Positions 21,832 to 31,899 of a DNA stretch of 64,000 nt are shown here, piece after piece. Position numbers and translations under genes: made by a program. The notes beneath the pieces are model-generated. The model was not told the DNA's origin. It saw nothing but the letters and a program-made list of their open reading frames with translations, and did not search any database. The stretch comes from Coraliomargarita sp. (GTDB lineage Bacteria > Verrucomicrobiota > Verrucomicrobiia > Opitutales > Coraliomargaritaceae). The DNA lies in contig OZ244160.1 in NCBI GenBank assembly GCA_965216325.1, positions 1,728,001-1,792,000 of the forward strand, written 5' to 3'. The first letter of the stretch is position 1. Every line of letters begins with the position of its first letter.

Positions 21832-23739
21832 ATGGACTTTTTCGACGCTCAAGAACAGGCGCGTAAGCGCACCGTATGGATGGTCGTGCTGTTTGGCCTC
21901 GCGGTGCTATGCATCGCACTAGCGATCTATGGCGTCACACTCGGTGCGCAGTATTACCTGTTCGGCGACAACAAGCCGCCAAAGCCGCAATTCGGCGGTT
22001 TCTGGCAACCGAAGCTCTTGCTCGGCAGCCTGATCGGGGTCGGCGCACTGGTTTCCATCTGCTCAGCGTTCAAGATCACCCAACTCAAATCCGGTGGCAG
22101 CTATGTCGCGAAGTCTGTTGGCGGCCGCGAGATCAATCCAAACACCCAAGACGCCGATGAGCACAAGCTCCTCAACGTGGTCGAAGAAATGGCCATCGCC
22201 TCAGGCGTGCCGATGCCTGCCGTGTTCATCATGGAGGAAGAGGGCATCAATGGTTTTGCCGCGGGATTCCAACCCGCCGATGCTGCGATCGCGATTACCC
22301 GCGGCTGTATTCGCTCACTCTCTCGCGACGAGTTGCAAGGCGTGGTCGCTCATGAGTTCAGCCACATCCTCAACGGCGACATGCGCATGAACATCCGACT
22401 CATGGGTGTGCTCTTCGGCATCTTAGTCATCGCCGTAATCGGCCAAACCATTCTCCGCGGCAGTGCGGAGGCCAATTTCTGGAGCGGCGGCAGTCGTCGC
22501 AATAAGGAAGGAGGCGGTGCCATCATCGCAATCATGGCATTATCTGCCGCAGTGATGGCGATCGGTTACATCGGGGTCTTCTTCGGACGCTTAATTCAGA
22601 GCGCGATTTCGCGCCAGCGTGAATTCCTCGCCGACGCCGCTGCGGTGCAGTTCACCCGCAACCCCGACAGCATCGGAGGCGCCCTTAAAAAGATCGGCGG
22701 CTCCAGTATGCGCGGCCGCGTGAATAATCCGCACGCTCAGGAATGCGCACACTGCTTCTTTGCCAATGCGGTGAGTTCACTCGGCGGCGGCTTTGCGACC
22801 CACCCCCCACTCGACCAACGTATTCGCGCAATCGAGCCGAACTGGGACGGCAAATTTGTCAGCCCAGAGGCCGCTCGCCGCAAAAAAACGGCACCGCCGA
22901 AACTCCCGAAAAAACAGCAGAAGCCCGACGAATTTATCCAATCCATTGGCCAACTTGGCGCAGCGACTATTCTCATGGCCGAAACATTGCGCAAAGACCT
23001 CGAGGCCCCTCTAGAGCAAATCCATGCCAGTCGCGAAGAAGCCGGAGCCGCCTTGCTGGCACTACAAATAACAGCCAGTGCCGAAGCCGACGACGAAGCC
23101 CAATTGGCGATTTTAGAAACAGCTGTCATCACCTCCGTCCATGCGAAGGTTCGCGAATGGCTGCCGAGAGTCCGCGATCTGGATCTCAACCATCGCTTCG
23201 CTCTGTTGGAACTGGCACTGCCACGCGCAGTAGGTGATGCATCCCAAACCCTTCAGGTCTTGCAGCACTGCCTGAGAGAGCTCGCTCAACACGACGGCCA
23301 AATCGAACTCGAGGAACTGGCCCTGCTACGGATTACCAAGAACTTCGCCGAGAACCGCGCCCAGCCACATCGGCAGTTCAAGGCGCTTTCACCACAGGCG
23401 CTGCAGCAGCCAATCGCCGTGCTCTTTTCCGCTCTGGCGCATCACTCGGACCAGAATGAGGAAGCGAAGCAAAGCGCGTTCACAACCGGCACCCGCAGCT
23501 TCAACCGCTACCTGCTCCAGCAGCCCGAACTACTCCCAGCGGACGCAATCACCTATGAGCAGCTGGAGGCGACACTCGATCAAGTCGCGCATTTACCACT
23601 GCCTCAAAAGAAGGCGCTCTTTGCTGGTGCACTGGAAACCATTCTGGCCGATGGCAAAGTCGAGCCTAACGAACTCAGCTTAATCCGCGTGCTCGCAGCC
23701 TGCCTAGACCTGCCGATGCCACCGCTGCAGCTGTCTTAA
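21832..23739 (+). CDS. M48 (HtpX-like) metallopeptidase
   Basis: NVVEEMAIASG, AHEFSH zinc motif, SRQREFLADA, THPPLDQRI; follows lemA. Confidence 0.92.
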   Translation: MDFFDAQEQARKRTVWMVVLFGLAVLCIALAIYGVTLGAQYYLFGDNKPPKPQFGGFWQPKLLLGSLIGVGALVSICSAFKITQLKSGGSYVAKSVGGREINPNTQDADEHKLLNVVEEMAIASGVPMPAVFIMEEEGINGFAAGFQPADAAIAITRGCIRSLSRDELQGVVAHEFSHILNGDMRMNIRLMGVLFGILVIAVIGQTILRGSAEANFWSGGSRRNKEGGGAIIAIMALSAAVMAIGYIGVFFGRLIQSAISRQREFLADAAAVQFTRNPDSIGGALKKIGGSSMRGRVNNPHAQECAHCFFANAVSSLGGGFATHPPLDQRIRAIEPNWDGKFVSPEAARRKKTAPPKLPKKQQKPDEFIQSIGQLGAATILMAETLRKDLEAPLEQIHASREEAGAALLALQITASAEADDEAQLAILETAVITSVHAKVREWLPRVRDLDLNHRFALLELALPRAVGDASQTLQVLQHCLRELAQHDGQIELEELALLRITKNFAENRAQPHRQFKALSPQALQQPIAVLFSALAHHSDQNEEAKQSAFTTGTRSFNRYLLQQPELLPADAITYEQLEATLDQVAHLPLPQKKALFAGALETILADGKVEPNELSLIRVLAACLDLPMPPLQLS

Positions 23740-23745
23740 CAGTCC

Positions 23746-23770
23746 GTAGGGCCTTTGCTTGCAAAGCGCC
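23746..23770 (+). repeat. Single REP-like palindrome
   Basis: GTAGGGCCTTTGCTTGCAAAGCGCC, related to the GTAGGGGCTT(C/T)GCTTGCG family. Confidence 0.6.
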
Positions 23771-23832
23771 GGCTAGGTAGCACTCCGATAATAGTTTGCC
23801 GAACAAACAGGCTTAGCTACACTCCCGAAATA

Positions 23833-24255
23833 ATGAGCGAATGGATTGAGCAAAACCAAAGCCTACTACAATGGCTGGGCAGTCTTTCGCTGCTGATGTT
23901 CGTGCTCAGCTTGGTCGCACTGGCGCTTGCCATAATCTTCCTCCCGCAGGACTACTTTGTCCGCGACCAGCGTCCGAGCTGCCACCAACGGCCAGTGCCC
24001 CCCATCCTCTGGGCAATCCTCATCATCCTGAAGAATGTGATCGGCTGCCTGCTCATTCTACTCGGACTCATACTACTGCTCCTCCCTGGGCAGGGCCTGC
24101 TGACGATCTTAATTGGTATTTCCATGACGAACTTTCCCGGCAAATACAGACTCGAACGCCGCCTTGTGAGTCGCCCTACGATCCATAAAAGCCTAGATGC
24201 AATCCGCAGCTGGGCCAATCGCCCGCCACTTTTGATACCAGACGCAACTAAGTAG
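23833..24255 (+). CDS. PGPGW-domain membrane protein
   Basis: KNVIG...LLLLPGQGLLTILIG...FPGKYRLE. Confidence 0.75.
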   Translation: MSEWIEQNQSLLQWLGSLSLLMFVLSLVALALAIIFLPQDYFVRDQRPSCHQRPVPPILWAILIILKNVIGCLLILLGLILLLLPGQGLLTILIGISMTNFPGKYRLERRLVSRPTIHKSLDAIRSWANRPPLLIPDATK

Positions 24256-24278
24256 CACAGGCGTCTCGCCTGTGCTAC
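24252..24278. repeat. Perfect REP palindrome overlapping a stop codon
   Basis: GTAGCACAGGCG-TCT-CGCCTGTGCTAC. Confidence 0.8.
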
Positions 24279-24279
24279 C

Positions 24280-24561
24280 TCACTCAGCCTTCAGCCAAGC
24301 AATCGTTGCGCCCCAGCCACCTTCCGTCTGATCACCGATCCGGAAATTCTCGACCAGCGGATGCTTCTTCAGAATTGCGTGCACCGTCTCGCGTAAAGTG
24401 CCAATGCCTTTGCCATGGATAATCCGGACACGGGTATACCCCTTCTCCAAAGCCAGCTCGATGTAATCTGGCACCAACTCCCCGACCTCCGATGGGCGGA
24501 AAGTGTGCAGGTCCAACTCATCGGTAATCTCAAATTCAATGGGCTCTTGGTCGTCGTGCAT
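24280..24561 (-). CDS. Smr/MutS2 C-terminal domain protein
   Basis: ELDLHTF, RIIHGKGIGTLR, GGWGAT; ATG at 24561 chosen as start. Confidence 0.92.
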   Translation of the reverse strand: MHDDQEPIEFEITDELDLHTFRPSEVGELVPDYIELALEKGYTRVRIIHGKGIGTLRETVHAILKKHPLVENFRIGDQTEGGWGATIAWLKAE

Positions 24562-24571
24562 GGTTTTAAAA

Positions 24572-24738
24572 TTAACAAACTTTGCTCCAGGCGCTACTCC
24601 ATTTCCATGCTTCTGGCGTATAACACAAATTCGCTTTGACCGGGTTCTCGTGGATGTAAGCGACCGTTGCGTCGAAATGCTTCTGATTGCGCATATAGCG
24701 ATCCCAATACTCTCGGTGCCAAATGGGCTGATCACTGA
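24572..24738 (-). pseudogene. Truncated REP-associated tyrosine transposase (RAYT, IS200-like Y1) remnant
   Basis: WHREYWDRYMRNQKHF..TVAYIHENPVKANL...WKWSSA is a typical RAYT C-terminus with the catalytic Tyr; the HUH N-terminal half is absent. Confidence 0.8.
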
Positions 24739-24829
24739 TGGGATCGCCAGACTCCCGCCTGGCTGTTTGCGGGCTCGACTCTGACGAGCTGCTCATGCGT
24801 AAATGCCGGACAGGAGTCCGGCGCTCTCA
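24739..24829. repeat. REPIN-like inverted pair abutting the RAYT remnant
   Basis: TGGGATCGCCAGACTCCCGCCTGGC ... GCCGGACAGGAGTCCGGCGCTCTCA; the arms are degenerate inverted copies. Confidence 0.7.
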
Positions 24830-24830
24830 A

Positions 24831-26141
24831 CTACTCCTCTTCCTTAGGCAACGTGGGCATTTTCTCAATCGCTTTTACCTCAGCCAGCTCGTCCGCAGAG
24901 GCACTCTCAAGCGCTTCAAACTTCCTTGCTGTCACCATCAGGCGACTTTCTACAGAACTAATCGCCTTGTTATAGTGACCTACGGATTGATCAAGGCTCT
25001 TACCGAGCTTGGTGAAGTGGCCGACCACGACTCCGATACGATCGTAGAGTTCTTTGCCCAGAGCGCTGATTTCTTTGGCCTCGCGGGCGATGGCCTCTTG
25101 CTGCCAGCCGTAGGCGATTGCTTTCAGCAGTGCGATCAGCGTCGTCGGTGTCGCAAGGATCACGCGGTTCTCGACGCCCTGCTCGATCAACTGTGGATCC
25201 TGTTCCAGCGCGGCACTGAAGATCGCCTCGTTCGGAATAAACAGCACCACAAATTCGGGCGCGTTGTCGAACTGACTCCAATACTTCTTCTGCGAGAGGC
25301 CCTTAATGTGATCGCGAATGTGGCGCGCGTGACGCTCCAGCTGAGTCTGCTTTGCGGTAGGATCGGCTTCGTCCAGTGCGTCGAGGTAGGCAGCCAGCGG
25401 CACCTTCGAGTCGACCACCACTTGGCGCTCGTTGGGCAAACGGATCAACATATCGGGACGCAAGCGATCCCCCTCGTCCGTTTCGACCGAGGCTTGCTCC
25501 TCGAAGTCGCAGTAATTAATCATCCCCGCGAGCTCAACGGTGCGGCGTAATTGCATTTCGCCCCAGCGGCCACGCCCCTCCGGCTTACGCAAGGCGCTGA
25601 CCAGGTTCGTCGTCGTCTCGCTGAGGCGCAGCTGTGAGTCGGCAAGTTGCTGGAGCTGTTGCTTGAGGCTGGCGTCGGTCTCCGTGCGGCGCTCTTCGAT
25701 TTTGTGCACACGCTCGTTAAACAACTTCAGCGCTTCGCCCACTGGCTCGACCGTTTTGTTGATCGCCTGCTGACGTTTCTCCAAGTCGCCCTTCGCACCT
25801 TCCTGATATTTCTCCAGTGTGGTCTTCGCAAGATTGAGAAAGGACTCGTTGTTCTTGGACAGCGCATCGGCGGACAAGGCTTTGAAGCTCTCCTGTAATT
25901 TGGCCTTGGTTTCTTCCAGTAAAGCCAGCTTCTCGTTGGCAGCTTTGAGCTCAGCTTCACGTTGGGCTTCGATGCGCGCAAGGGACTCCTTCGCAGCTGC
26001 GTGTTCACTACGCAGCTCGTCACGCTCTGCTTCAGCAGCGGAGAGCGACTGCTGTGTGCGTTTCTGCGAACTGCCCAATAGCATGTAAACGAGTCCCGCA
26101 CCTGTCAGAACACCCACGACTACACCGATCAAAATCTCCAT
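24831..26141 (-). CDS. rmuC: DNA recombination protein RmuC
   Basis: N-terminal TM plus coiled coil, RGRWGEMQL, RPDMLIRLP, VVDSKVP, PEFVVLFIPNE. Confidence 0.95.
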   Translation of the reverse strand: MEILIGVVVGVLTGAGLVYMLLGSSQKRTQQSLSAAEAERDELRSEHAAAKESLARIEAQREAELKAANEKLALLEETKAKLQESFKALSADALSKNNESFLNLAKTTLEKYQEGAKGDLEKRQQAINKTVEPVGEALKLFNERVHKIEERRTETDASLKQQLQQLADSQLRLSETTTNLVSALRKPEGRGRWGEMQLRRTVELAGMINYCDFEEQASVETDEGDRLRPDMLIRLPNERQVVVDSKVPLAAYLDALDEADPTAKQTQLERHARHIRDHIKGLSQKKYWSQFDNAPEFVVLFIPNEAIFSAALEQDPQLIEQGVENRVILATPTTLIALLKAIAYGWQQEAIAREAKEISALGKELYDRIGVVVGHFTKLGKSLDQSVGHYNKAISSVESRLMVTARKFEALESASADELAEVKAIEKMPTLPKEEE

Positions 26142-26222
26142 GTCGTGATTCAGCCACATTTCAGTAAACTGGCAATCGTGGACTTGACGACTTTGCTATT
26201 ATCCGCCCTGTTTCAACACCCG

Positions 26223-26600
26223 ATGCACACACAACAACAGACCAGCAGCTTACTGACCCGAATTATTTCGGGATGCTTGGCTGTGTTCATTCTGTTGCTG
26301 GGCATTGCAACGGTCAGCCCACAGATACACGAGGCACTCCATGCCGGAGACGCTGAGCATCAATGTGGTGGCCATCACCACAATCACCCGGAGCCTCCGG
26401 CAGATGACTGCGACAAGGCGCCGACCTGTGCGGTTAGCTTTTTCGACAATGGCGCCACTTCGGTGATGCCACTCGTTGAGCTCCCGGCGCGCACCGATGT
26501 CATACTCGCGATTGTTTCGCTAGGTGCGGAAATCGTCTGGTGTGGGCAAACTCCGATTCGGCGCTGCAGTCGCGCCCCACCGATAGAAAACGTTGTGTAA
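26223..26600 (+). CDS. DUF2946-like His/Cys-rich leader protein with C-terminal RAPP motif
   Basis: N-terminal hydrophobic segment, HEALH...HQCGGHHHNH...CAVS, ends SRAPPIENVV; upstream of a TonB receptor. Confidence 0.7.
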   Translation: MHTQQQTSSLLTRIISGCLAVFILLLGIATVSPQIHEALHAGDAEHQCGGHHHNHPEPPADDCDKAPTCAVSFFDNGATSVMPLVELPARTDVILAIVSLGAEIVWCGQTPIRRCSRAPPIENVV

Positions 26601-26612
26601 CTAACAGCCAAG

Positions 26613-26680
26613 GTAGGGCTCGTTGTCCCCAACGAGCCGCTTCAGATCTAACGCGGTTCGATAAGGATATCGAACTCTAC
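26613..26680. repeat. REPIN-like inverted REP pair
   Basis: GTAGGGCTCGTTGTCCCCAACGAGCCGC ... GCGGTTCGATAAGGATATCGAACTCTAC. Confidence 0.8.
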
Positions 26681-26742
26681 CCTGTAAAAACCAGGCGTGC
26701 ACCGAGCACACCAACCACCAACAACAGTTTTCTATCAATTCT

Positions 26743-28794
26743 ATGAATCGTTTATTTTTTAAACGCGGTGCACTTGCTTGCACTGCATTGGGCCTAGCCT
26801 CCCAATTCGCATACGCCAAATCGTCCGAAGAGACGATTTATGAACTCGACGAGTATATCGTCTCCGCCGGTCCAGGCCTGCGCTCGATCGCTGACTACGC
26901 ATCTCCAGTGAATGTCGTCACCTCCGAGGAACTAACCCGTCAGAGTAGCGGCACCCTCGGCGACGTGCTTGACTGGCAGCCAGGTGTGACCAGCAGCTCC
27001 TTTTCCAGTGGTGCCAGCCGCCCAATCCTACGTGGCTTTGACGGCCCGCGCGTTCGTATCCTGGAATCCGGCTTAGATACCGCCGACGTTTCAGACACCA
27101 GTCCGGACCACGGTGTTGCCGCTGAGCCACTCCTCACTGAGCGCATCGAAGTGCTCCGCGGCCCAGCAACTCTGCTCTATGGTAGCTCCGCGATCGGTGG
27201 TGCCGTCAATGTGATCGGCAAAGAAATCCCTCGCCAACCGGTCGACCCGACGGGTTATGAAGGCGGTTTCGAAGCTCGCTACGATACAGTTGCCGATGGC
27301 GAGACCTTCCTTGGTTACACAACCGTCGGCCAAGAGAAATGGGCACTGACTGTGACCGCTCTCGATCGCGATTTCGATGACTACGAGATCCCCGACGATG
27401 CTCAGGATCATGACGAGGATGAAGAACACAGCGGCAGCACACTGGAGAACAGCTTCTTCGAAAGCACTCAATACTCCATCGGTGGCAGCTGGTTCTTCAC
27501 TCAGGACAACCGCCTGAGCTTCAGCTATGCACGCTATGAGTCGGAGTATGGCATCCCGGGCCATGGCCACAGCGAACACCATGATGATCCAGACCCAGAT
27601 CCAGATCACGAAGAAGAGTCCGTAGCGATCGACTTAGAGCGTGACCGCTACGACATGGAGCTCGAGCTCGTCGATCCAGCCGAATGGTTCACCGCACTTC
27701 GCCTACGTCTTGCTTACACGGACTATGAGCACGAAGAGTATAGTGACGACGAATCCAACATTTTTAAACGTGATGGTTGGGAACTCCGCACCGAAGCAGC
27801 ACATACTCCATGGTGGATCATCGACCAAGGCGTCATCGGCATCCAAGCATCCGACTCGGACTTCGAGATCATCGGCGACGAATCATTCGTCGAACCATCG
27901 ACCACTCAGACTCAAGCGGTCTTCGTAACGCAGCATATCCACAACGGTGACCTGCACTACGAATTCGGTGGCCGTATCGAACGCGCAGATATCGACATCG
28001 ACGATAGCAGCCTCGACGACTACGACGAAGTGACCTTCAGCTTCGCAGCCTCTGCGATCTGGAATATCGACGAAGTCAATTCGCTCGCTCTCGTGCTACA
28101 ACGCGCCGAGCGCCACCCGAACGCGACCGAGCTGTATGCCGAAGGCGTGCACCATGCCATCGGCATCTATGAGCGTGGCGACGACGACCTCGACAAGGAA
28201 ACCGCATACGGCGTCGACCTGACCTACCGCACCACGATTGCTGGCTGGGCCACCGAAGTCTCCGCCTTCTACACCTACTTCGACGACTACATCTTCGCCG
28301 AAGAAACCGACGAAGAAATCGACGAGGAGCACGTCTTCCAATATGTTGGCGTTGAAGCTGAATTCTACGGTTTCGAAGCTGCGGTGTCGACCGACCTCGT
28401 GCGCACCGACAGCAGCGCACTAACACTCGGGTTCATGGCCGATTACGTTCGCGCAACCAATGAAGACAGCGGTGACGACCTACCACGCATCCCACCAATG
28501 CGTATCGGTTCCCGCCTTGGCTGGCAAACTGGCAACTGGGACATGGGCGGCGAACTGCGCTATGCTTTCAAACAGGACGACACCGGCCCGGAAGAGACTG
28601 AAACAGACGATTACGTCGAGCTGAATCTCGATGTGAACTACACCTTCGATCTCGGCAACAACCTCACGGCGGTCGTCTTTGCTCGTGCTGAAAACCTGCT
28701 CGATGAGGAAATCCGCCTGCACACTTCCTTCACCAAGGATCAAGCACCACTACCAGGACGCAACCTGACGATCGGTGCACGCTTCGAGTTCTAA
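26743..28794 (+). CDS. TonB-dependent receptor, ZnuD-like (Zn/metal uptake)
   Basis: Signal peptide, ASRPILRGFDGPRV, SPDHGV, IEVLRGPATLLYGSSAIGGAVNV, His-rich loops, LPRIPP, terminal Phe. Confidence 0.9.
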   Translation: MNRLFFKRGALACTALGLASQFAYAKSSEETIYELDEYIVSAGPGLRSIADYASPVNVVTSEELTRQSSGTLGDVLDWQPGVTSSSFSSGASRPILRGFDGPRVRILESGLDTADVSDTSPDHGVAAEPLLTERIEVLRGPATLLYGSSAIGGAVNVIGKEIPRQPVDPTGYEGGFEARYDTVADGETFLGYTTVGQEKWALTVTALDRDFDDYEIPDDAQDHDEDEEHSGSTLENSFFESTQYSIGGSWFFTQDNRLSFSYARYESEYGIPGHGHSEHHDDPDPDPDHEEESVAIDLERDRYDMELELVDPAEWFTALRLRLAYTDYEHEEYSDDESNIFKRDGWELRTEAAHTPWWIIDQGVIGIQASDSDFEIIGDESFVEPSTTQTQAVFVTQHIHNGDLHYEFGGRIERADIDIDDSSLDDYDEVTFSFAASAIWNIDEVNSLALVLQRAERHPNATELYAEGVHHAIGIYERGDDDLDKETAYGVDLTYRTTIAGWATEVSAFYTYFDDYIFAEETDEEIDEEHVFQYVGVEAEFYGFEAAVSTDLVRTDSSALTLGFMADYVRATNEDSGDDLPRIPPMRIGSRLGWQTGNWDMGGELRYAFKQDDTGPEETETDDYVELNLDVNYTFDLGNNLTAVVFARAENLLDEEIRLHTSFTKDQAPLPGRNLTIGARFEF

Positions 28795-28822
28795 GCACAC
28801 AGCAAAAGTAATACTTAATCAC

Positions 28823-28854
28823 AACGCGGGGTTCCAATGGGCCCTGCGTTTTTT
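28823..28854 (+). terminator. Rho-independent terminator after the TonB receptor
   Basis: AACGCGGGGTTCC-AAT-GGGCCCTGCGTT followed by TTTT. Confidence 0.8.
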
Positions 28855-28866
28855 ATATGGTCAGAC

Positions 28867-28890
28867 GTAGCTTAGGCGTCTCGCCTGAGC
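28867..28890 (+). repeat. Single REP-like palindrome
   Basis: GTAGCTTAGGCGTCTCGCCTGAGC, same AGGCGTCTCGCCT core as at 24252 and 56483. Confidence 0.7.
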
Positions 28891-29099
28891 CTCAACCAGG
28901 CCTGAACATTGTATTCCTATTGATTCCTGTCACTGCTGTGTTGAGGGCCACAAAAAGCACAAGGACACACACAAACTAAGCTCGGCATATGGATCCTTTT
29001 CGTGACGATTTATCAATGCCACGGTGCCCCGCCTGAACAGCCGGCAGCCAAGCGTTGATTCATGTTGATACCTGTGTGCCACTGAACATTATTCAAGCT

Positions 29100-29531
29100 G
29101 TGTCCGACGCGAGTATAGTTACCCAGATCACCCAAGCACTCAAAGAGAGTGGCGCCCGCATGACGAAGAAGCGCGCGAAGATCCTCTGCGCGATGGAAAC
29201 CTTCGATCATCCTGCGACCGCCGAAGAAATCCGCGAGCGCGCCGAACTGCCACCGAGTGATTTGGTCACCGTTTATCGTAATCTTGAGGCCTTCGATGCC
29301 ATCCATGCTCTGCAGCGCATCCCTCTGGAAAACGGCACGCAACTGTTTGAGCTCACTGCTCCCGGCGAACACTATCACCATTTAATCTGCCGCAGTTGCC
29401 ACAAAGCAGAACGCCTCGACCTTTGCGTCGGGCACGACGTCGAACACAAAGCCAAAGCCAAAGGCTTTACCGAGGTCACTCACCTACTCGAGGTTTACGG
29501 CGTCTGCGACGAGTGCGACGACGAAGCGTAG
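29100..29531 (+). CDS. Fur-family regulator (probable Zur)
   Basis: RMTKKR, TAEEI, VTVYRNL, HYHHLICRSC, EVYGVCDEC; GTG start inferred. Confidence 0.9.
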   Translation: MSDASIVTQITQALKESGARMTKKRAKILCAMETFDHPATAEEIRERAELPPSDLVTVYRNLEAFDAIHALQRIPLENGTQLFELTAPGEHYHHLICRSCHKAERLDLCVGHDVEHKAKAKGFTEVTHLLEVYGVCDECDDEA

Positions 29532-29589
29532 TGCGCGCACTTGTGCGTCACTCAGGCCTAAACCATGCACCCACAAGTGGAGCATCTAC
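29528..29589. repeat. REPIN-like inverted pair
   Basis: GTAGTGCGCGCACTTGTGCG ... CACCCACAAGTGGAGCATCTAC; the GTAG contains the fur TAG stop. Confidence 0.65.
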
Positions 29590-29608
29590 GAATCTCTCAG
29601 GAAGCACC

Positions 29609-30088
29609 TCAGTGCGAGCACTTTGCGCGGCGGCAAAGGCGATAGTTACGCACATGTCCACTCGCGAGGAACAGACCGCCGAGCGTGTTGATCCACGCCG
29701 CAGTTTGCATCGGCACCGCCTCCTCATTCATATCACGCACACAGTGTGGACAATGTGCACCGTCCTCTGTTGCATGCGTCGCAGCATTTTGACGCTCAAC
29801 GATCAAGGCACACAGCAACACACTGACACCCAGTGCACTTAAGGTAGCCACCCATTTGTCCTTGTGCTTACGGCACCCCATGTAGATCGCAAAGCTCGTG
29901 GTCGGAATGACCAGATACAGCATCCAAAGGTGAAAATCCTGATGCACAAAGAAGGAGGTAGCGATGATTGGCAGCATCACAACGAGCACAGGCGTCAACA
30001 AGCAGTGAACTGCGCAAATCGCAGCCATACTGATCGCTAACTTATCCACCCAACCGTGGGAATTGCACTGTGCAGAGGCCTCTTTCAT
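29609..30088 (-). CDS. MerC-domain membrane protein
   Basis: DKLAISMAAICAVHCLLTP, GCRKH, CPHC, GHVRNYRLC. Confidence 0.85.
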   Translation of the reverse strand: MKEASAQCNSHGWVDKLAISMAAICAVHCLLTPVLVVMLPIIATSFFVHQDFHLWMLYLVIPTTSFAIYMGCRKHKDKWVATLSALGVSVLLCALIVERQNAATHATEDGAHCPHCVRDMNEEAVPMQTAAWINTLGGLFLASGHVRNYRLCRRAKCSH

Positions 30089-30105
30089 GAATAGCGGGAA
30101 GTTAA

Positions 30106-30120
30106 TGCAAAAGACTTGCA
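30106..30120. promoter_or_regulatory. Putative metal-regulator (Zur-type) operator
   Basis: TGCAA-AAGAC-TTGCA palindrome 18 bp upstream of the MerC-domain ATG, just downstream of a minus-strand TTGACA. Confidence 0.45.
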
Positions 30121-30441
30121 ATAAGTTCAAGTGTCAAATTCACACCTCATTTTGACCGAAGCCGATGCACAAGGACAAAGTAGAAGCGCACTTCCAGCCG
30201 CTTCATGTCAGGCAGCTTCTACTTTGGGCGAAGCCAGCACCCCAGTGCCACTTTAGCAAATGCTCAGCCGAACAGGAGCCGATGCCTTCTCCCCCAAAGC
30301 GTTTGCTAAAGCAGCACGCGACGACGCCCCGCCACTCCCAACCCACGCTTCTAGGTCCAATTAGGCCGAATGATGATTTCGGCGCATATTTGACAAAGTT
30401 TTCCTCCAGCGGTCTAGCTCTGCAACCAAGCAGCACCCCCC

Positions 30442-31764
<1,323 letters not shown>

Positions 31765-31782
31765 TAGCTTGGACACCAAAGC

Positions 31783-31882
31783 ACCACCCCGCCCTACGGG
31801 CACCCCTCCTCATCAAGGAGGAGAGTTCCCCGAAGCTCCTCCCTGCCAAGGGGGAGTCGCCCACTCGCAGGGTGAGAGGGGT
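31783..31882. repeat. GC-rich multi-hairpin insertion between cydA and cydB
   Basis: ACCACCCCGCCCTACGGGCACCCCTCCT..AAGGAGGAG / CTCCTCCCT..AAGGGGGAG..GAGGGGT inverted arms. Confidence 0.6.
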
Positions 31883-31899
31883 CTTAACCGGATTTTAGT

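Noticed and set aside
24562..24735. N-terminal extension of the Smr ORF
   Set aside because: It is an alternative frame of the RAYT remnant; the Smr domain begins at 24561
27586..27609. GATCCA-type hexamer tandem repeat
   Set aside because: Encodes a DPDPDPDH loop in the receptor; the in-frame unit would not cause phase variation
29609..30088. Mercury resistance locus
   Set aside because: MerC domain only; no merA, merR or merP, and the context points to zinc/metal uptake
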